From a bacterium (GTDB taxonomy: Bacteria > Patescibacteriota > Patescibacteriia > UBA1558 > S5-K13): a stretch of DNA of 23,305 nt. The translations under genes were made by a program, and so were the position numbers. The stretch spans positions 1 through 23,305 of the forward strand of contig JAKPTO010000041.1 of the NCBI GenBank assembly GCA_029555085.1, read 5' to 3'. Below, in pieces: positions 1-7,837 of the stretch (within the stretch, counting starts at the first letter, position 1; each line of letters starts with the position of its first letter). A model generated the notes under the pieces. That model made no database searches, was not told where the DNA came from, and saw nothing but the letters and a program-made list of their open reading frames with translations.

Positions 1-56
1 ATATTAACTGCTTTAGCTCTTAATCTTGGTAAATTAGGATTAATAGTATATGCCAT
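1..56 (-). CDS. IS481-like transposase, N-terminal fragment (runs off window)
   Basis: ATG at 56 reads MAYTINPNLPRLRAKAVN..., resembling N-termini of CPR HTH+rve transposases. It is adjacent to the terminal IR. Confidence 0.7.
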   Translation of the reverse strand, partial: MAYTINPNLPRLRAKAVN

Positions 57-138
57 ACACTTTAAGGATTAATAATTATTATATTATATATATTTAATTA
101 TTACACTTAAAGTGTTGCCAAGCTATTGGGCTATTACG
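1..138 (-). mobile_element. Left end of an IS481-like insertion sequence (truncated by window)
   Basis: AAGTGTTGCCAAGCTATTGG (110-129) is the exact reverse complement of 23177-23196. It lies upstream of a transposase-like start at 56. Likely terminus is ACG at 136-138. Confidence 0.75.
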
Positions 139-144
139 CAATAC

Positions 145-173
145 TTGACAAGAAGGTTGAGATATGCTATGAT
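145..173 (+). promoter_or_regulatory. sigma70 promoter
   Basis: TTGACA-17 nt-TATGAT with TG extension. It places the start of the downstream gene at 234 or 261 rather than 126. Confidence 0.7.
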
Positions 174-233
174 GATATATTCAAGAGCGAAAAGCACCTT
201 GAAAATAAAAAAATATCCAAGGAGGATAATAAA

Positions 234-770
234 ATGAAAAATAACACTCAAGGAGATGAAATGAGTAGTAAATGGGAAATCAAGGATGGGGTTATATACA
301 CAACCCTACTCCTAGATCAAGAAGTCGAAACCCAGATGGCGAGATTGGAAAATCTGGGATTTAAAATAAGCAACAAAGCCAGGGAAATTCTTCGTAATGA
401 CCCTATTCCGATCTTAATGGCAATGGAATATAAAATTGCTATCTTAAAGGGTAGTGATTGGAACACGGTTGAGAAGGAAGCTGAAAAACGTGGCTTCACT
501 AAAGCACATCATCAGCTAGCCCCTTTTATTAGGGAAAAAATATCCGATCAAGATTTAAAAGAAATGGATTTATCATTTTTGGTAATTCCCGATCGAATCG
601 AGTCGGATACCCCTACTCAACCATATGCCTTGACCTTAAAAATTGGGCCAAACAAGTATGGTTCATTCATAGAGCCCGTACCTTGTTACCCTAATTGGCC
701 CTGTAACACAGGGTTCGTCTATGTATCAGGTCTTGACCTGATGCCAAAATTCAAAAATAAGTGCGATTAA
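234..770 (+). CDS. Hypothetical protein (alternative start 261)
   Basis: AAGGAGG SD before ATG 234 and AAGGAG before in-frame ATG 261. Has its own promoter and terminator. Confidence 0.8.
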   Translation: MKNNTQGDEMSSKWEIKDGVIYTTLLLDQEVETQMARLENLGFKISNKAREILRNDPIPILMAMEYKIAILKGSDWNTVEKEAEKRGFTKAHHQLAPFIREKISDQDLKEMDLSFLVIPDRIESDTPTQPYALTLKIGPNKYGSFIEPVPCYPNWPCNTGFVYVSGLDLMPKFKNKCD

Positions 771-794
771 AAATCGCACTAGATAAAGATCAAC

Positions 795-822
795 AAGCGT
801 CAAGCAATCTTGACGCTTTTTT
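795..822 (+). terminator. Intrinsic terminator between convergent genes
   Basis: AAGCGTCAAG-CAAT-CTTGACGCTT followed by a T-run. A second hairpin AGTGCGATT/AATCGCACT lies at 760-780. Confidence 0.8.
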
Positions 823-834
823 ATTTTAAAACTT

Positions 835-2820
835 TCATCTTTTTTCCTCTGCTTGTTTTTTACTTTTTTTCAAATCATCATAAACTCTTCCGACTATCTC
901 TCTTATTTTTGGCTCAACAGCTTCCCAAAATTCCGAATAACCAGCGGGGAACCACTTTTCTTTAAAAAGATTGTTATATCTTCCTTGATTTGGTGGATAG
1001 CTTAAATACTTATTTATAGACGCATACTTATCAAAAAATTTATCCATACCAGAAATATCATTGTTAAATTTTGATTTTAGAAACATATCTTGATAGTGCT
1101 TAAAAGAATTGCTCTCTTTAAAACTACTATACATAGTTACGGAATCCGAATTAAAACCTTTAAACATTTTTTCATTATCATAATAAATAATCTTAGATGG
1201 TTTCATATTTGGATTGTCTTTAAAAAATGACTCCCAATAATCTCTACTAGAAATAACATCTTTCCCCTGTGGTCGTTTTATAAATAATCTGAAAGCAATA
1301 TTATCCTCTTCTGATTTTTCATAGAAACGAGGCAATAGATAAAAATCTTTTAATTTGCTAAAATAATCAACCTCTGAATCACCGTAACGACAAAAAAGAA
1401 TAAACTCTTTAAAAATTAATAAATTATTATTCATGATAAAATCTATATATGATTGTTGTCTTTTATAATCCGAGTATGTGCTACATACCTTATTATAATT
1501 ATATGCTTCACACTCAAACGAATAATCGCTTGCTCTCTTCGAGTAAGTGTTATTAAGGGAAATTATTTCTTTCTCTGTGGTTGTAAATCCAAATTTAGAA
1601 GCAATATCAATAATTTCTGGACGATGAAAAAAATTATCTTGATCAAATCCACCTCGATCTTTTGTTTTAAGCTGATAATCTTTTACAATAGATGAGATGC
1701 TTCGATTAAAATCCTCCTTAATATCTTCTATGTTAGACAAATGCTCTGCGCACTCGTCTCTTAATATTAAATTTTTATTTTTATCAATAGAATATTTTGA
1801 ACCAGTTTTCCTATCAACTGGTGTATTACCTGGTATGCAAACCAAACCCAAGTCAATAGGAACACCTCCCTCACCACACCAAACAACTTGATCATTTTGT
1901 TTGTCATCCATTGAAGATCTTGGAGACATTGGGTCGAGATCGTGTTGAAAATTTTTTGCAATAATTTCAGCTGGAAAATAAAAATACATAGTATTATCAG
2001 CCTCACCCCCATAATCTTCTAAAATATGGTTATAACCAAAATGAATAGAGGATCTATCCGGCATTGGTAAATCAGTAGAAAAATCTTCTACTAAAAATTT
2101 ACACAAAAAAATATTTATAACATCCTCTTTATCCATATCTAATAAATTTCTACGGGCCAATCCTGTATCCAAAGATCTATTTAAAAAACCCTCAATATAA
2201 ATACGAGCATAATCAGATTCAGATAAAATATTATTAGCAAGAGAACCAAGCTTTTTAGATTTTAATATTGGGGTGAAACTATCTATAACCTCTCCCTCCC
2301 CAAAATAATGAACACCTGTCAACTCTCTTAATCCAAAACGAGTCACATGAGAAAAATAAAGACCAGATAATCTATTCATAAGCGTGAGATAATCTGGAAC
2401 ATCCATTTTTAAAACATTTTCCATTGAAAGATATTTTTCTTGTTCTTCTTCTGAAAGTGGGGTATTTTTCATTAGCTCTGTAATTGTTTGATTAAAATTT
2501 TTTTTAATTTCATTAATGCAAATATCTTTTTTTTCTTTTTTAAAATTAGAAATTACAATATCTAGCGCTGCTTTTTCTGTTAAATATTTCTTACTTTTAA
2601 AAATTCTTCCCCAAAAATTTTCTTTCAATTTATTGTATGAAGAAATCAACTCTTCATTATTGCTATTCATTATTTCTTCATGGGTCAAATCATTATCCAT
2701 ATTACGAACTTCGCGTATTCTACGGGCTGTTTCGTCACGAACTGGCTGAGCATATTCTTTAGAAAAATTTCTTGAAAAATTAGAAGATTCAATTGATTTA
2801 TATTCAAAATTTTTTGCCAT
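835..2820 (-). CDS. Large hypothetical protein (661 aa), possible ART-like core
   Basis: Long ORF with a charged helical N-terminus and motifs FSHVTR, SIHFG, YGGE. Confidence 0.85.
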   Translation of the reverse strand: MAKNFEYKSIESSNFSRNFSKEYAQPVRDETARRIREVRNMDNDLTHEEIMNSNNEELISSYNKLKENFWGRIFKSKKYLTEKAALDIVISNFKKEKKDICINEIKKNFNQTITELMKNTPLSEEEQEKYLSMENVLKMDVPDYLTLMNRLSGLYFSHVTRFGLRELTGVHYFGEGEVIDSFTPILKSKKLGSLANNILSESDYARIYIEGFLNRSLDTGLARRNLLDMDKEDVINIFLCKFLVEDFSTDLPMPDRSSIHFGYNHILEDYGGEADNTMYFYFPAEIIAKNFQHDLDPMSPRSSMDDKQNDQVVWCGEGGVPIDLGLVCIPGNTPVDRKTGSKYSIDKNKNLILRDECAEHLSNIEDIKEDFNRSISSIVKDYQLKTKDRGGFDQDNFFHRPEIIDIASKFGFTTTEKEIISLNNTYSKRASDYSFECEAYNYNKVCSTYSDYKRQQSYIDFIMNNNLLIFKEFILFCRYGDSEVDYFSKLKDFYLLPRFYEKSEEDNIAFRLFIKRPQGKDVISSRDYWESFFKDNPNMKPSKIIYYDNEKMFKGFNSDSVTMYSSFKESNSFKHYQDMFLKSKFNNDISGMDKFFDKYASINKYLSYPPNQGRYNNLFKEKWFPAGYSEFWEAVEPKIREIVGRVYDDLKKSKKQAEEKR

Positions 2821-2989
2821 AAAATTATATATTAAATTATTCTATATAAATAAATCTATTATTAATATTACATTAAAACTATCTTTATTTCCATCGTTCT
2901 ATTTTTCGTCCAAATAAAAGCAAAATTTTCATAAAAAATATTGACCTAGCGATATTGAAAATATGCTCCTATTATTCATAAAAATATTC

Positions 2990-3018
2990 AAAAAGCCCCA
3001 GATTAAACAATCTGGGGC
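2990..3018 (-). terminator. Intrinsic terminator
   Basis: GCCCCAGATT/AATCTGGGGC stem, with an A-run on the + strand (U-tail on the - strand). Confidence 0.75.
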
Positions 3019-3023
3019 AATTA

Positions 3024-3359
3024 TTAACAACATCCTAAAATTTGCCTGATTGGCCACCGAAGGACTTTTGGTGTTCTAATTAAACACTTTAATCCTCTGC
3101 TGTACCAATCAGTTACTTTTTTATTGCATATTGTCCCACAGGCAACAATGCCTTTTATGGACATCATGCCGATAATAATCTCCAGTAGTTCCTCATGAGT
3201 GAAATTGGAACTAACGATCATAGCAAAATCATCATTCTTTAATTTAAAATAGATGAATCCACTTGCTAAACCCAAATGCTCAGATGGAACATACTCTACG
3301 AGTTTCCTTTGCTCATCTGTGTTATCTCCAGATGAGCCCAACAAAAAATAAACACACAT
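3024..3359 (-). CDS. Small hypothetical protein, paralog of 3462-3854
   Basis: GGGAGG SD, TTGACT-17-TAATTT promoter, and end-to-end similarity to the neighbouring ORF. Confidence 0.8.
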   Translation of the reverse strand: MCVYFLLGSSGDNTDEQRKLVEYVPSEHLGLASGFIYFKLKNDDFAMIVSSNFTHEELLEIIIGMMSIKGIVACGTICNKKVTDWYSRGLKCLIRTPKVLRWPIRQILGCC

Positions 3360-3416
3360 GTTATCCTCCCATAATATTATTAATAAATTACCACTTATTT
3401 AAAAATCAGTCAATAA

Positions 3417-3443
3417 TAAAAGGGAAGCTATAAAAACTTCCCT
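3417..3443 (-). terminator. Intrinsic terminator
   Basis: AGGGAAG/CTTCCCT stem with a U-tail on the - strand. Confidence 0.6.
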
Positions 3444-3461
3444 CGAAAAATTATTTTTCTT

Positions 3462-3854
3462 TCACGCATAGCGTGATTGGGTACGATCATCATGAACATA
3501 CCCAATGTATCTTTTTTTAACAATTTCTTTAGCTCCTAAAATCTCTAAAATTTTAGGTCTAAGGTTTACTGGTGTTATAATTTCTTGTATCCTTATACTA
3601 CCCTTAGAAATCCAGCGAATAACCTTCCCATCTTTTAATATTCCGGCTCCGATAATTTTTCTATAAACAATATCGCTTTTATCAAGAGCCTGTTGCAACA
3701 TATCGTGGACGGCAAGCTTTAAGCAACCAACCACGACCATTTTACTCTCATCAGATAGCTCTATACAGAGAAACCTGTTTGAGATTTCAAGATGTTTCTC
3801 TGGTAAAAAATCCTCATATTCACCAGAAAATCCAAAAAAGAACTTTACATCCAT
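3462..3854 (-). CDS. Small hypothetical protein, paralog of 3024-3359
   Basis: GGGAGG SD before ATG 3854 (MDVKFFFG...) and a TTGACC-17-TAATAT promoter. Confidence 0.8.
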   Translation of the reverse strand: MDVKFFFGFSGEYEDFLPEKHLEISNRFLCIELSDESKMVVVGCLKLAVHDMLQQALDKSDIVYRKIIGAGILKDGKVIRWISKGSIRIQEIITPVNLRPKILEILGAKEIVKKRYIGYVHDDRTQSRYA

Positions 3855-3910
3855 TTTTCCTCCCATATATAGTTTTATTATATTAATATTAATTTTAAAA
3901 TTGGTCAATA

Positions 3911-3936
3911 ATAAAAACGCTTTTAAGCGTTTTTAT
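3911..3936 (-). terminator. Terminator of the tRNA cluster
   Basis: ATAAAAACGCTT/AAGCGTTTTTAT perfect inverted repeat. Confidence 0.65.
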
Positions 3937-3960
3937 ATATCTTGTAAATAAATTAAAGCA

Positions 3961-4037
3961 TGGTGGACTTGGTGGGATTCGAACCCACGACCCTCTGCTT
4001 GCAAAGCAGATGCTCTAACCAACTGAGCCACAAGCCC
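3961..4037 (-). tRNA. tRNA-Ala(UGC)
   Basis: Cloverleaf with G3:U70, anticodon loop TTTGCAA and encoded CCA. Confidence 0.97.
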
Positions 4038-4087
4038 AAAAATAATTTTAAATTACAACAAACTTAATGTTGTGAAATAAATCCAAA

Positions 4088-4164
4088 TGGTGGGCCCTAT
4101 AGGATTCGAACCTATGGCCTTCTCGGTGTAAACGAGACGCTCTAACCAACTGAGCCAAGGACCC
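4088..4164 (-). tRNA. tRNA-Val(UAC)
   Basis: TCTCG-TTTACAC-CGAGA anticodon arm, GTTCGAAT T-loop and CCA. Confidence 0.97.
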
Positions 4165-4197
4165 AAAATTAATTTCAAATTTCAAAAAATCCTAAAT

Positions 4198-4283
4198 TGG
4201 TGCACGGAAGAGGACTCGAACCTCCAAGCCACTAGGGCATATGCACCTCAAGCATACGCGTATACCAATTCCGCCATCCGTGC
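4198..4283 (-). tRNA. tRNA-Leu(GAG)
   Basis: TATGC-TTGAGGT-GCATA anticodon arm, long variable arm and CCA. Confidence 0.96.
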
Positions 4284-4313
4284 ATAATTATTCAAACACC
4301 AATACATAAAAAA

Positions 4314-4637
4314 TTACAAACTAACCTTTTTAAGTTTCTTTTTATAAGATCTTAAATAATATAATTTAGACTTATTTGATTTTATTCTTGATTTAATTTC
4401 TATTTTTTCAATAACCGGGGAATGTATTGGATAAATTTTTTCCACACCTATTCCGCCAGATTCTTTTCTAACTGTAATTGTTGCTCCTTTTTCATTTCCA
4501 TGTTTATGCGAAATAACAATACCTTCAAAAATCTGAATTCTTTCTTTTTCTTCACCCTTTGAATTTTTTTCCTTAATTTTTTCATGAACTCTAACTATCA
4601 TTCCTGGTTCAATATTTGCCTTTTTTTCTTCTGTCAT
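4314..4637 (-). CDS. rplS: 50S ribosomal protein L19
   Basis: KERIQIFEGIVI, TITVRK and GIGVEKIYPIHSP motifs, plus KLYYLR. Confidence 0.97.
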   Translation of the reverse strand: MTEEKKANIEPGMIVRVHEKIKEKNSKGEEKERIQIFEGIVISHKHGNEKGATITVRKESGGIGVEKIYPIHSPVIEKIEIKSRIKSNKSKLYYLRSYKKKLKKVSL

Positions 4638-4712
4638 ATATAAATGTTTTAATTATAAGTAATATAAATACTAAACAAATTAAATAATAATGTCAAGATA
4701 TTATATGGATAT

Positions 4713-5465
4713 TTAATTATGGATTTTTTTAGCAATCTCGAGATCTTCTTGGCTATTTATTCCCATTAATTCCAAGTTATCTCTTACTATCAATGTTCCC
4801 ATGCTCACACCCTGTTTATTTGCTAAAAACACTAAATCAGTCAAATAATATTCTTTTTGAAAATTATTATTATCAATGTTTTCTAAATTATTCCAAAGCC
4901 AGTCATCTTTTACACAATATATTGCTGGATTTACCTCGGTCACATTTTTTTCATATTCTGTTGCGTCCTTAAACTCCACTATCATTAAAACCTTACCATT
5001 TTCATCTCTTATTATCCTACCAAATTTCCAATATAAAGAATTAGTATTTTCAAAATTATCTAACTTCAAAGTAATCATACTAAAAACATAATTATTTTCT
5101 TCATGAAGCTCAATAATATTTCTTAAAGTATTTTCTGTTATAAATGGAGTGTCTCCGTATAAAATTAAAATGCTTTTATACTTTCCTTCTAAACTTTCCC
5201 TACATTGCATTACAGCGTGTCCTGTTCCAAGTTGTTCCTTTTGCCAAATAAAATTATATCTATTTTGTAATTTATTTATAACATCCTCGCCCTTAAATCC
5301 CACAACTATATTAATTTCTTTTCTATCAAAAAATTTTTCTACATTTCGTAAAAGCTTTTCAATAAGAGTTACTCCATTAATTTCTGTAAGAACTTTTGGA
5401 ATTTCCTGATTCATTCTTGTTCCTTTTCCTCCTGCTAAAATTATAATTCCTATTTTTTCTGACAT
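4713..5465 (-). CDS. Sugar-phosphate nucleotidyltransferase, GlmU N-terminal domain only
   Basis: LAGGKGTRM..PKVL, QLGTGHAV, YGDTP, FGRIIR, IVEFKDA and EYYLTD motifs. No hexapeptide acetyltransferase domain. Confidence 0.9.
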   Translation of the reverse strand: MSEKIGIIILAGGKGTRMNQEIPKVLTEINGVTLIEKLLRNVEKFFDRKEINIVVGFKGEDVINKLQNRYNFIWQKEQLGTGHAVMQCRESLEGKYKSILILYGDTPFITENTLRNIIELHEENNYVFSMITLKLDNFENTNSLYWKFGRIIRDENGKVLMIVEFKDATEYEKNVTEVNPAIYCVKDDWLWNNLENIDNNNFQKEYYLTDLVFLANKQGVSMGTLIVRDNLELMGINSQEDLEIAKKIHN

Positions 5466-5481
5466 AAATAAAATTTATATT

Positions 5482-5529
5482 ATTTAATATTTATAATAAT
5501 CTATAATTTAATATTTATAATAATCTATA
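5482..5529. repeat. 24-bp perfect tandem duplication
   Basis: ATTTAATATTTATAATAATCTATA occurs twice (5482-5505 and 5506-5529). Confidence 0.9.
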
Positions 5530-6573
5530 TTAAGCTGTAATTTTTATATCGTCAACAAGTGTTGCTTTTGCTGTATTTTCATCTATTAAATCAGCTTCGT
5601 ATAATTCTTTTATGGACTGCTTCATTGTTATCATTCCCTTATCAGCGCTTGTCTGCAAAACAGTTTTAATTTGCGGAATTTTATTTTCTCTTATTATATT
5701 AGAAACAGCTGGCGTATTAATTAAAACCTCTCTCGCTGCCACCATGCCACCACCTTTCCTTGGTAATAATTTCTGAGCTACTATAGAATTCAATACTAAT
5801 GAAAATTGTAATCTAATTTGCTCTTGCTGATGAGATGGAAACACGTCCACAATTCTATCAATAACTTGGGATGTGTTTGGAGTATGAAGCGTTGCCAAAA
5901 CCAAATGACCTGTTTCAGCCAAAGTTAATGTCAAAGAAATGCTTTCCAAGTCTCTCATCTCGCCAACCATAATAATATCTGGATCTTGCCTTAGAACATG
6001 TTTAAGTCCAGCAGCAAATGTTAACATATCAGAACCCAATTCTCTTTGTGTTATTATTGCTCTTGCCTTGGGAAACAAATATTCTATTGGATCTTCCAAT
6101 GTTATTATTGAAACATCCTTACTCTGATTAACATGATTAATCATAGAAGCAAGGGTTGTTGATTTTCCACAACCAGTTGGTCCAGTTACTAATATAAGGC
6201 CCTCTTCTTGTTGCATCATTAATTTTACACTGTCTGGTAAATCAAGATCATCCATGGTGGGAATGTTTTTATTTATAATTCTTGTAACAAGTGCAATATT
6301 ATCTCTCTCCCAACAAAGATTCACCCTAAATCTTCCGATTCCCCTTATTTCATAAGAAAAGTCCAATTCTCTTTCTTCATAAAATTTTTTCTTCTGATTG
6401 GCTGTCAAAATGGACTCCACCATTTTCTTCATCTCCATAGAATTGATTTCTTCAAAACCTTCTAAAATAGTAATTTTTTTGTCTATCCTAACACATGGCT
6501 GATTTCCAACAATTAAGTGAAGGTCTGAGGCCCCGGATTCTACAGATTTTTTTAATAATGTATTTAGTTCCAT
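5530..6573 (-). CDS. pilT: Type IV pilus retraction ATPase PilT/PilU family
   Basis: ASDLHL, Walker A GPTGCGKST, TLEDPIE, LRQDPD..VGEMRD, TLHT and AVSNIIRE motifs. Confidence 0.93.
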   Translation of the reverse strand: MELNTLLKKSVESGASDLHLIVGNQPCVRIDKKITILEGFEEINSMEMKKMVESILTANQKKKFYEERELDFSYEIRGIGRFRVNLCWERDNIALVTRIINKNIPTMDDLDLPDSVKLMMQQEEGLILVTGPTGCGKSTTLASMINHVNQSKDVSIITLEDPIEYLFPKARAIITQRELGSDMLTFAAGLKHVLRQDPDIIMVGEMRDLESISLTLTLAETGHLVLATLHTPNTSQVIDRIVDVFPSHQQEQIRLQFSLVLNSIVAQKLLPRKGGGMVAAREVLINTPAVSNIIRENKIPQIKTVLQTSADKGMITMKQSIKELYEADLIDENTAKATLVDDIKITA

Positions 6574-6888
6574 ATTTTTATTTTTCCAGCTACACTGGAT
6601 TAGATTTTTATTTTTAAAATTTTAATAACTGTATTTTATCATTTATAAAAATATATAACAACAAATGTACAGTTAACACTAATAGGTAACACTGTTAACT
6701 AAGAAAATATAAATAAAACTAATTATTTATGAATAAAATATTTTAATTAATACGATTACAGACTGTCTATTAAAAATATAACTAAAAAAACTATAAAGAT
6801 AGTTGGAGCGCCTTATGTAAAAAAATATAAAAAATCTAAAATTTAATAAAAAATCAATACTGATAAATCTAAATTTTATAAACAGTGT

Positions 6889-6995
6889 TTATTAACAGCA
6901 TGTGCATAACCCTGTGGATAAGTCCTATTTAAAAGGAAAACTTATCCACAGAGTTATCAACAACTTGTGTATAACTTTTGACAAATTTGTCAAAA
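6889..6995. promoter_or_regulatory. DnaA-box cluster, putative oriC
   Basis: TGTGCATAA 6901, TGTGGATAA 6913, TTATCCACA 6942, TTATCAACA 6954 and TGTGTATAA 6966, inside a 1.26-kb AT-rich intergenic region. Confidence 0.8.
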
Positions 6996-7053
6996 AATTT
7001 TAAACATAATTTATATTGTTAATTTTTTGGCTTATTCAAGCCAACATTAGCTA

Positions 7054-7082
7054 TTGCTTTTTTTTCACAGATATGATATACT
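7054..7082 (+). promoter_or_regulatory. sigma70 promoter pointing away from the DnaA boxes
   Basis: TTGCTT-17-TATACT with TG extension. Confidence 0.55.
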
Positions 7083-7264
7083 AATAATATAGTAAATTGA
7101 AAAAATATTCTATATAGTTGTTTTACAAAACAAAAACAAAAAAAATAGAAAATTTATATCCTCACTAAAAAAGTGGAGAATAAATACAAAAACCTAAAAC
7201 AATTATGTAGAAGGGAAAAATGCTTCCCATCCATAGAATGAAATTGATAATTGCTAAGTTGATT

Positions 7265-7293
7265 ATTTTAACACAAAAATGTCATTTTGGCAA
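7265..7293 (-). promoter_or_regulatory. sigma70 promoter pointing toward the DnaA boxes
   Basis: TTGCCA-17-TAAAAT with TG extension on the - strand. Confidence 0.55.
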
Positions 7294-7414
7294 TAGGTCT
7301 AATTGTGGGGAGTGCTGACTCCCCTAGATAAAAACACTGAAAAGTAAGATCTACGGGGAGTTTTTGTTTACATAAAATTATAATTTACTCCATTTCAAGC
7401 CAAATTTTAATAAA

Positions 7415-7430
7415 TGTTCCACGTGGAACA
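7415..7430. promoter_or_regulatory. parS site
   Basis: TGTTCCACGTGGAACA, a perfect palindromic ParB site. Confidence 0.92.
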
Positions 7431-7768
7431 TTTTTAATAAAAAAGCTCATTTTTCATAAAATGAACTTTTTTATTCCATACTGATATTTTTTGATTTTTT
7501 ATATTATTCAACAAGCCTCTAAAATAGATATAAGAAAATCAACAATGTCTTAATATTTTGAAATACTAAAAATTTTAATAACTAACTTTTATATATACAT
7601 TTTATTAAGAAACTAGACAAAGAAAATTCTAAAAAATTAATATAAACGGATAGGGAACACATTTACTAATATTGTTGCACTATAAATCTTTAAACATTAT
7701 TTATTTTTCTATATTGTATTTTTATTTTAATAGTTAAAACATATAACTAATTAAAACATACTCTAAAT

Positions 7769-7784
7769 TGTTCCACGTGGAACA
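7769..7784. promoter_or_regulatory. parS site
   Basis: TGTTCCACGTGGAACA. The palindrome extends to 7764-7789. Confidence 0.92.
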
Positions 7785-7796
7785 ATTTAAATAATT

Positions 7797-7826
7797 TAGG
7801 GCTGGATTATTTTATCCCCAGCCCTA
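7797..7826 (-). terminator. Intrinsic terminator
   Basis: TAGGGCTGG/CCAGCCCTA stem just after the stop of 7838-8380. Confidence 0.65.
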
Positions 7827-7837
7827 TAAAATATTGA

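Noticed and set aside
126-233. N-terminal extension of ORF 126-770 from TTG
   Set aside because: It starts inside the IS end and spans the promoter. The SD supports ATG 234 or 261.
1453-2749. Short ORFs overlapping the 661-aa gene (also those inside pilT, the glmU-like gene, LTD, purD-like, mscL, khpA, hps-like, RRM and cca)
   Set aside because: Antisense or alternate-frame shadows of well-supported genes, with no motifs.
6574-7837. CRISPR array or tmRNA/RNase P/SRP RNA in the long intergenic region
   Set aside because: No regularly spaced repeats and none of the conserved terminal or loop motifs were recognisable.
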